DNA from: an uncultured delta proteobacterium | Lineage (GTDB): Bacteria > Myxococcota > Myxococcia > Myxococcales > Anaeromyxobacteraceae | NCBI GenBank assembly: GCA_963828255.1 | Contig: CAWHDZ010000017.1 | Coordinates: forward strand, 128,001 to 192,000 | Direction: 5' to 3' | DNA: 64,000 bases | In this document: positions 59,533-64,000 of the stretch, in pieces | How the letters are laid out: each line of letters opens with the position of its first letter | Numbering within the stretch: the stretch's first letter is position 1 | Translations under genes and position numbers: made by a program | The notes under the pieces: model-generated | What the model saw: only the letters and a program-made list of their open reading frames with translations | Databases searched by the model: none | What the model was told of the DNA's origin: nothing

Positions 59533-60873
59533 GTGAGCCGGGAACACCTCCGCAAGCTGTCCGATGAGCTCATCGCGGTGCAGCGCCCCATCCGCATCCT
59601 GAAGGCCATCAACTGGGGTCCGCGCGTCCACGCGCAGTTCTTCAGGACCGGCTGCCGGGAGCTTCCCCGCCCCGAGTACGCCCCGCTCGGCTTCGACGTG
59701 AAGGAGAAGCTCCGGGAGCTCCGCGACCTCCGCCGCCAGATCCGCGGAAGGAACCCGGTGGAGGAGCTCCTGCGCGAGAAGTGCGACGAGTTCTCGCTCG
59801 TCGCCGGGATGCTCGACGCCCGCGGCACGCGCCGGTTCTACGAGCTCTCCCGCCAGATCTTCGGCGACCCGCGCGACCGCTTCCCCGACGTGAGCGCCGA
59901 CAACCTGGCCATCGCGCGGCTCTGGGCCTCGCGCCCCCGCGCCCGCGACGAGGAGCAGTCGCTCTCGGCCCTGAAGGCGGCGCGGCTCGTCCACGCGATC
60001 TGCGACCCGCTGCTGGGCGGCCAGGTGAAGGTGGCGGTCCACTCCCGCCTCACCGCCAACGCCGCCGCTGGCGCGACCCGCATCACGCTCAAGAAGGGGG
60101 CGCGCTTCTCGCCGCGCCAGGTCCGCGCGCTGGCCCACCACGAGGGGCTCTGGCACGTGCTCACCTCGCTGAACGGCTTCCGCCAGCCGGTGTTGACCGT
60201 CCTCGGAGTCGGGCTGGCCCGCCACACCGAGTCGCAGGAGGGGGGCGGCATCGTCGCCGAGTACCTCACCGGAAACATCACCGACGAGCGCTACATCGAG
60301 CTGGGCGAGCGCACCATCGCCATCGACATGGCCGCGCGCGGCGCCGACTTCCTGGAGGTCTACCGCTACCTGCTGGCCCGCTTCACCCCGCCCCGATCGG
60401 CCCAGATGGCGGAGCGGGTCTTCCGGGGCGGCGTGGTGGAGGGGGGCGCCCCCTTCACCAAGGACGCCGCCTACCAGCGCGGCTACTGCCGGACCTTCAA
60501 CTTCCTGCGGGCCGCGCTCGAGCAGCGCGACCTCGATCTGGTGCGGGCGTTCCTCTCCGGAAAGATGAGCGTGGACCACGCCGCGGTGGTGCGCGGGCTC
60601 ACCGAGGAGGGGCTCGTGACCGGGCCGGTCTACCTGCCCGAGTGGTTCATCGACGTGGACCGGCTGAACGCCATCGCCACCCACTCGGTGACCATGAACC
60701 GCTTCAGCCTCCCCAAGGTGAGCCGCTACTACGAGCGGCGGCGCGCCGGCGAGGCCGCGCGGAACGCCCGGACGGCCCGGGGCTCCCGGCGGTCGAGCGT
60801 GGACTCCCCGGTGGACGAGGAGTTCCCGGTCCGCGACCCAACCGGCAGCGACGAGGGGGACGGCAACGAGTAG
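59533..60873 (+). CDS. QEGLA-motif/DUF1704 family putative metallopeptidase
   Basis: 'HHEGLWHVLTSLNG..QP', 'TESQEGGG', 'RVFRGG', 'FTKDAAY..G'. Confidence 0.8.
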   Translation: MSREHLRKLSDELIAVQRPIRILKAINWGPRVHAQFFRTGCRELPRPEYAPLGFDVKEKLRELRDLRRQIRGRNPVEELLREKCDEFSLVAGMLDARGTRRFYELSRQIFGDPRDRFPDVSADNLAIARLWASRPRARDEEQSLSALKAARLVHAICDPLLGGQVKVAVHSRLTANAAAGATRITLKKGARFSPRQVRALAHHEGLWHVLTSLNGFRQPVLTVLGVGLARHTESQEGGGIVAEYLTGNITDERYIELGERTIAIDMAARGADFLEVYRYLLARFTPPRSAQMAERVFRGGVVEGGAPFTKDAAYQRGYCRTFNFLRAALEQRDLDLVRAFLSGKMSVDHAAVVRGLTEEGLVTGPVYLPEWFIDVDRLNAIATHSVTMNRFSLPKVSRYYERRRAGEAARNARTARGSRRSSVDSPVDEEFPVRDPTGSDEGDGNE

Positions 60874-61072
60874 GGCCGGGGCGCCCGCATAGCGCCGACC
60901 GGTCGGCCAGATCCCTGCTGCGGCGCACGCTGCCTTGCTGCGCCGGGCAGCCTCCTCCGTCCGCTGCTCGACGTGCCTGACTGGCACGCCTCCGCTGCTC
61001 CGTCGTCGGGTGCCCGGCTCGCCGACGGCATCGTGTGCCTCGCGACGGGCTCGGGCCAACCGGGCGGCGCTT

Positions 61073-62188
61073 TCAGGAGATGGCCGCGCCGAAGAGCCGC
61101 CCGACACCCCAGGTGGCCGCTCCGGCGAGAGCGGCGAGCCCGACCATCCGCGCCCCCGACTTCCAGGCCGGCGTTCCCGCCAGGAACCCGACCAGCCCTC
61201 CCACGCCGGCCAGGACGACGCCGGCGGCGACCGACGCCACCACCATCGCCAGGGTTCCGTGGAGGAAGAAGAACGGGACGACCGGGATGAAGGCGCCCAC
61301 CGCGAAGGTGGCGAAGCTCGATCCCGCTGCTCCCCAGGGCGACCCCAGGTCCTCCGGGTCGAGCCCCAGCTCCTCGCGCACCAGCGTGTCGAGGGCGTGC
61401 TCGGGGTTCTTGAGCAGCTCGGCGGCGGTCCGGGCCGCATGGTCGGGCGAGAGCCCCTTCTGCTGGAAGATGAGCGCCAGCTCCGCCGCCTCCTCCTGCG
61501 GCGCCTCCAGGAGCTCGCGCCGCTCCAGGTCCACCTGGCGGGCCAGGATGTCGCGCTGCGAGGCCACCGAGGTGAACTCCCCCACGGCCATGGAGAAGGC
61601 CCCGGCGAGCAGCCCGGCGAAGCCGGTGACCATGAGGCCGTGGGAGTCGGCGCCGGCGCCGGCCACGCCGAGCACGAGCGAGAGGTTGGAGAGGAGCCCG
61701 TCGTTCACGCCGAAGATGGCGGCCCGCAGCGACCCGCCCCGTCCCCCGCGGTGCCACTGCTCGCGCGTGGCGATGGCAGCGCGCGCCTCCATGGGACGGG
61801 CGCCACCGAGGCCGGTCAGGACTTGCTGGTGGGCGCGCTCCTCCTCGGCCATGGGCGTGGCGTCGGCGCCCCCCTGCTTCGCGTACTTGTCGGCGTCCCC
61901 GGCCTCGTTGGCGACGATGTAGGGGATGACGGCGTCGCTCCCCAGCCGCTTCGCGAGCCAGAGGAGGGTGCGGACCCGGGACGACGGGCGGTCGGGGGGG
62001 ACGACGACGCCGGCCTTCTCGAGCTTGTGGCGCCAGATCTCGGCGTGGCGCCGCTCCCCGTGGCCCAGCTCGGCGAAGCTGGCCGCCCGGTCGACGTTCT
62101 TCTCCACGGCGGCGAGCCCCTCGTAGAGGGCCGCGCCGTCCCGCTCGTCCTGTAGATTCTGGAGCCAGACGTCGGTTCGGGGTGCCAT
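61073..62188 (-). CDS. VIT1/CCC1 transporter with N-terminal rubrerythrin/ferritin-like domain
   Basis: ExxH motifs ('ERRHAEIW', 'EERAH'), 'IFGVNDGL', 'AGAFSMAVGEF'. Confidence 0.88.
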   Translation of the reverse strand: MAPRTDVWLQNLQDERDGAALYEGLAAVEKNVDRAASFAELGHGERRHAEIWRHKLEKAGVVVPPDRPSSRVRTLLWLAKRLGSDAVIPYIVANEAGDADKYAKQGGADATPMAEEERAHQQVLTGLGGARPMEARAAIATREQWHRGGRGGSLRAAIFGVNDGLLSNLSLVLGVAGAGADSHGLMVTGFAGLLAGAFSMAVGEFTSVASQRDILARQVDLERRELLEAPQEEAAELALIFQQKGLSPDHAARTAAELLKNPEHALDTLVREELGLDPEDLGSPWGAAGSSFATFAVGAFIPVVPFFFLHGTLAMVVASVAAGVVLAGVGGLVGFLAGTPAWKSGARMVGLAALAGAATWGVGRLFGAAIS

Positions 62189-62252
62189 GGCGGGGGAATG
62201 TAGCGCGCCCCGGCGGGTTTCGTGTAGAAACATAGGTCTTTCGAGCCTTTCC

Positions 62253-63587
62253 GTGCAGATCCTCCGCTCCGACGCCCCCGATTTCGAAGCCCGCTGGAAG
62301 CGGCTCTGTTCCCGTGGCTCGGACGAGGACGAGTCCGGCGTCCGGGAGTCCGCCGCGGCCATCGTCGCCGACGTGCGCGCCCGGGGCGACGAGGCGCTCC
62401 TCGAGTACACCCGCCGCTTCGACGGCTGGGGGCCGGAGACCGCGGCTGACCTGGTGGCCGGTCCCCGCGACCTCTCTGCGGCCTGGCGGTCCCTCCCCGT
62501 GGCCGGGCGCGCCGCACTGAAGACCGCCGCGTCCCGCATCGAGTCCTTCCACCGGCGGGAGACCGACGCGGTGGTCCCCGTCTACCGCGACCGGCTCGGT
62601 GCGCGGCTGGGCCAGGTGTCGCGTCCGCTCTCCCGGGTCGGGCTCTACGTTCCCGGCGGCACCGCCCGCTACCCGTCCAGCGTCCTCATGACCGCCATCC
62701 CGGCCCGGGTGGCCGGCGTCGCCGAGGTGCTGGCCGTCTCCCCCGCCGACCGGAAGACCGGCGACGTGGATGCCTGGACGCTGGCCGCCTGCCACGTCGC
62801 AGGCGTGTCGCGCCTCTTCCGGGTGGGCGGGGCCCAGGCGGTGGCGGCGCTGGCCCACGGGACCGCCACCGTCCCCGCGGTCGACAAGATCTGCGGCCCC
62901 GGGAACGCCTACGTGGCCGCCGCCAAGCGGCTCGTCTTCGGCACGGTGGACATCGACATGATCGCCGGGCCGTCCGAGGTGCTGGTGATGGTCGACGCCG
63001 GCGCGAGGCCCGCCGAGGCCGCCGCCGACCTGCTCGCGCAGGCCGAGCACGACGCGCGCGCCGTGGCGGTGCTGGTATCGACCAGCGAGCGGGTGGCGCG
63101 GGAGACCCAGGTCGAGGTGATGCGCCAGCTGGCCGGGCTCCCCCGCGAGGAGATCGCCCGCCGCTCCATCGTGGAGCGGGGCGCCATCGTCCTCTGCCGC
63201 GGGATATCACAAGCAGTGAAACTGGCCGACCAGTTCGCCCCCGAGCACCTGGTGCTGCTGGTGAAGGACGCGGCCCGCCTCGTGCCCCGCCTCTCCCGGG
63301 CCGGGGCGGTCTTCGTGGGCAGCCGCACCCCCGAGGCCATCGGCGACTACGTGGCCGGCCCCAGCCACGTGCTGCCCACCGCCGGGACGGCCCGCTTCGC
63401 CTCGCCGCTCTCGGTGGCCACCTTCCGCCGCCGCATGAGCGTGGTGGAGATGAGCGAGCGGTCGCTGGCGGCGCTGGCGCCGGTGGTCGAGGCGCTGGCC
63501 GCCGCCGAGGGGCTCGAGGCACACGCCCGGGCGGTGCGGGTCCGCCTTCCGGAACCGAAGGCGCGCCGCAGGGCGCGGAGAGGATGA
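62253..63587 (+). CDS. hisD: Histidinol dehydrogenase
   Basis: 'GLYVPGG', 'GPGNAYV', 'DMIAGPSE', 'QAEHD', 'APEHL', 'HVLPT'. Confidence 0.96.
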   Translation: MQILRSDAPDFEARWKRLCSRGSDEDESGVRESAAAIVADVRARGDEALLEYTRRFDGWGPETAADLVAGPRDLSAAWRSLPVAGRAALKTAASRIESFHRRETDAVVPVYRDRLGARLGQVSRPLSRVGLYVPGGTARYPSSVLMTAIPARVAGVAEVLAVSPADRKTGDVDAWTLAACHVAGVSRLFRVGGAQAVAALAHGTATVPAVDKICGPGNAYVAAAKRLVFGTVDIDMIAGPSEVLVMVDAGARPAEAAADLLAQAEHDARAVAVLVSTSERVARETQVEVMRQLAGLPREEIARRSIVERGAIVLCRGISQAVKLADQFAPEHLVLLVKDAARLVPRLSRAGAVFVGSRTPEAIGDYVAGPSHVLPTAGTARFASPLSVATFRRRMSVVEMSERSLAALAPVVEALAAAEGLEAHARAVRVRLPEPKARRRARRG

Positions 63588-64000
63588 ACATGGCGGCTCG
63601 CAAGGCCCGCGGCGCGAAGGCTCCCTCCCGGCGGGGCGCGGTGGCCCGCAAGACCCGGGAGACCGACGTGGACGTGTCGCTCTCCCTCGAGGGCGGCCAG
63701 GTCCGGGCCGAGACCGGCATCCCCTTCTTCGACCACATGCTCGACCAGCTCGGGCGCCACGGGGGCATTTCTCTCTCGGTGAAGGCGGCGGGCGACCTGC
63801 ACGTGGATGCCCACCACACCGTGGAGGACGTGGGCATCGCCATCGGCGAGGCGCTCCGGCAGGCCACCGCCGACAAGGCCGGGCTGGCCCGCTACGGCCA
63901 CGCCGTGGTCCCGCTCGACGAGGCGCTGGTCGAGACGGTGGTGGACCTCTCCGGCCGCCCGCACCTGACCTGGAACGCCCGGCTGCCCTCGGGCAAGCGC
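63584..64000 (+). CDS. hisB: Imidazoleglycerol-phosphate dehydratase (3' truncated)
   Basis: 'RKTRETDV', '[10 protein letters not shown]', '[11 protein letters not shown]', 'PLDEAL'; absent from the ORF track because it has no stop in the window. Confidence 0.93.
   Translation, partial: MNMAARKARGAKAPSRRGAVARKTRETDVDVSLSLEGGQVRAETGIPFFDHMLDQLGRHGGISLSVKAAGDLHVDAHHTVEDVGIAIGEALRQATADKAGLARYGHAVVPLDEALVETVVDLSGRPHLTWNARLPSGKR

Noticed and set aside
58942..61440. 960-aa minus-strand ORF 58558..61440 as one protein
   Set aside because: Mostly antisense to the QEGLA gene; only the last 127 codons from GTG 58941 look coding.

Overview
Very GC-rich bacterial chromosome segment. Gene content and protein sequences point to a myxobacterium, probably Anaeromyxobacter-like (inference). 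It is mostly core genome: BamA/TamA-family OMP (partial), MtnX-like phosphatase, ppx, tolQRAB, murI, ftsEX-envC-ctpA, a GT2 glycosyltransferase, ftsY, smc, a complete gspC-N type II secretion operon with a sigma-54 promoter and an adjacent NtrC-type activator, rpmE, rho, ligA, acyP, a radical SAM fusion, RNase E/G, yihY, IHF/HU, a QEGLA-type peptidase, a VIT1/CCC1 transporter, hisD and hisB (partial). Two regions stand out. (1) A cassette of about 0.8 kb between smc and ftsY: a perfect (GAGTCG)x42 array, then a ~135-nt long hairpin that buries a Shine-Dalgarno sequence, then a four-helix-bundle (IVP/Avd-like) gene. (2) A compact, sigma-54-driven, translationally coupled minimal type III export cluster (SctJ/Q/R/S/T/U/V plus FliO-like). 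It has no ATPase or secretin, altered gating motifs, and two unannotated leading genes that resemble needle (SctF) and inner-rod (SctI) subunits. All calls come from reading motifs by eye; no database searches were run. No rRNA, complete tRNA, CRISPR array or transposase was seen.
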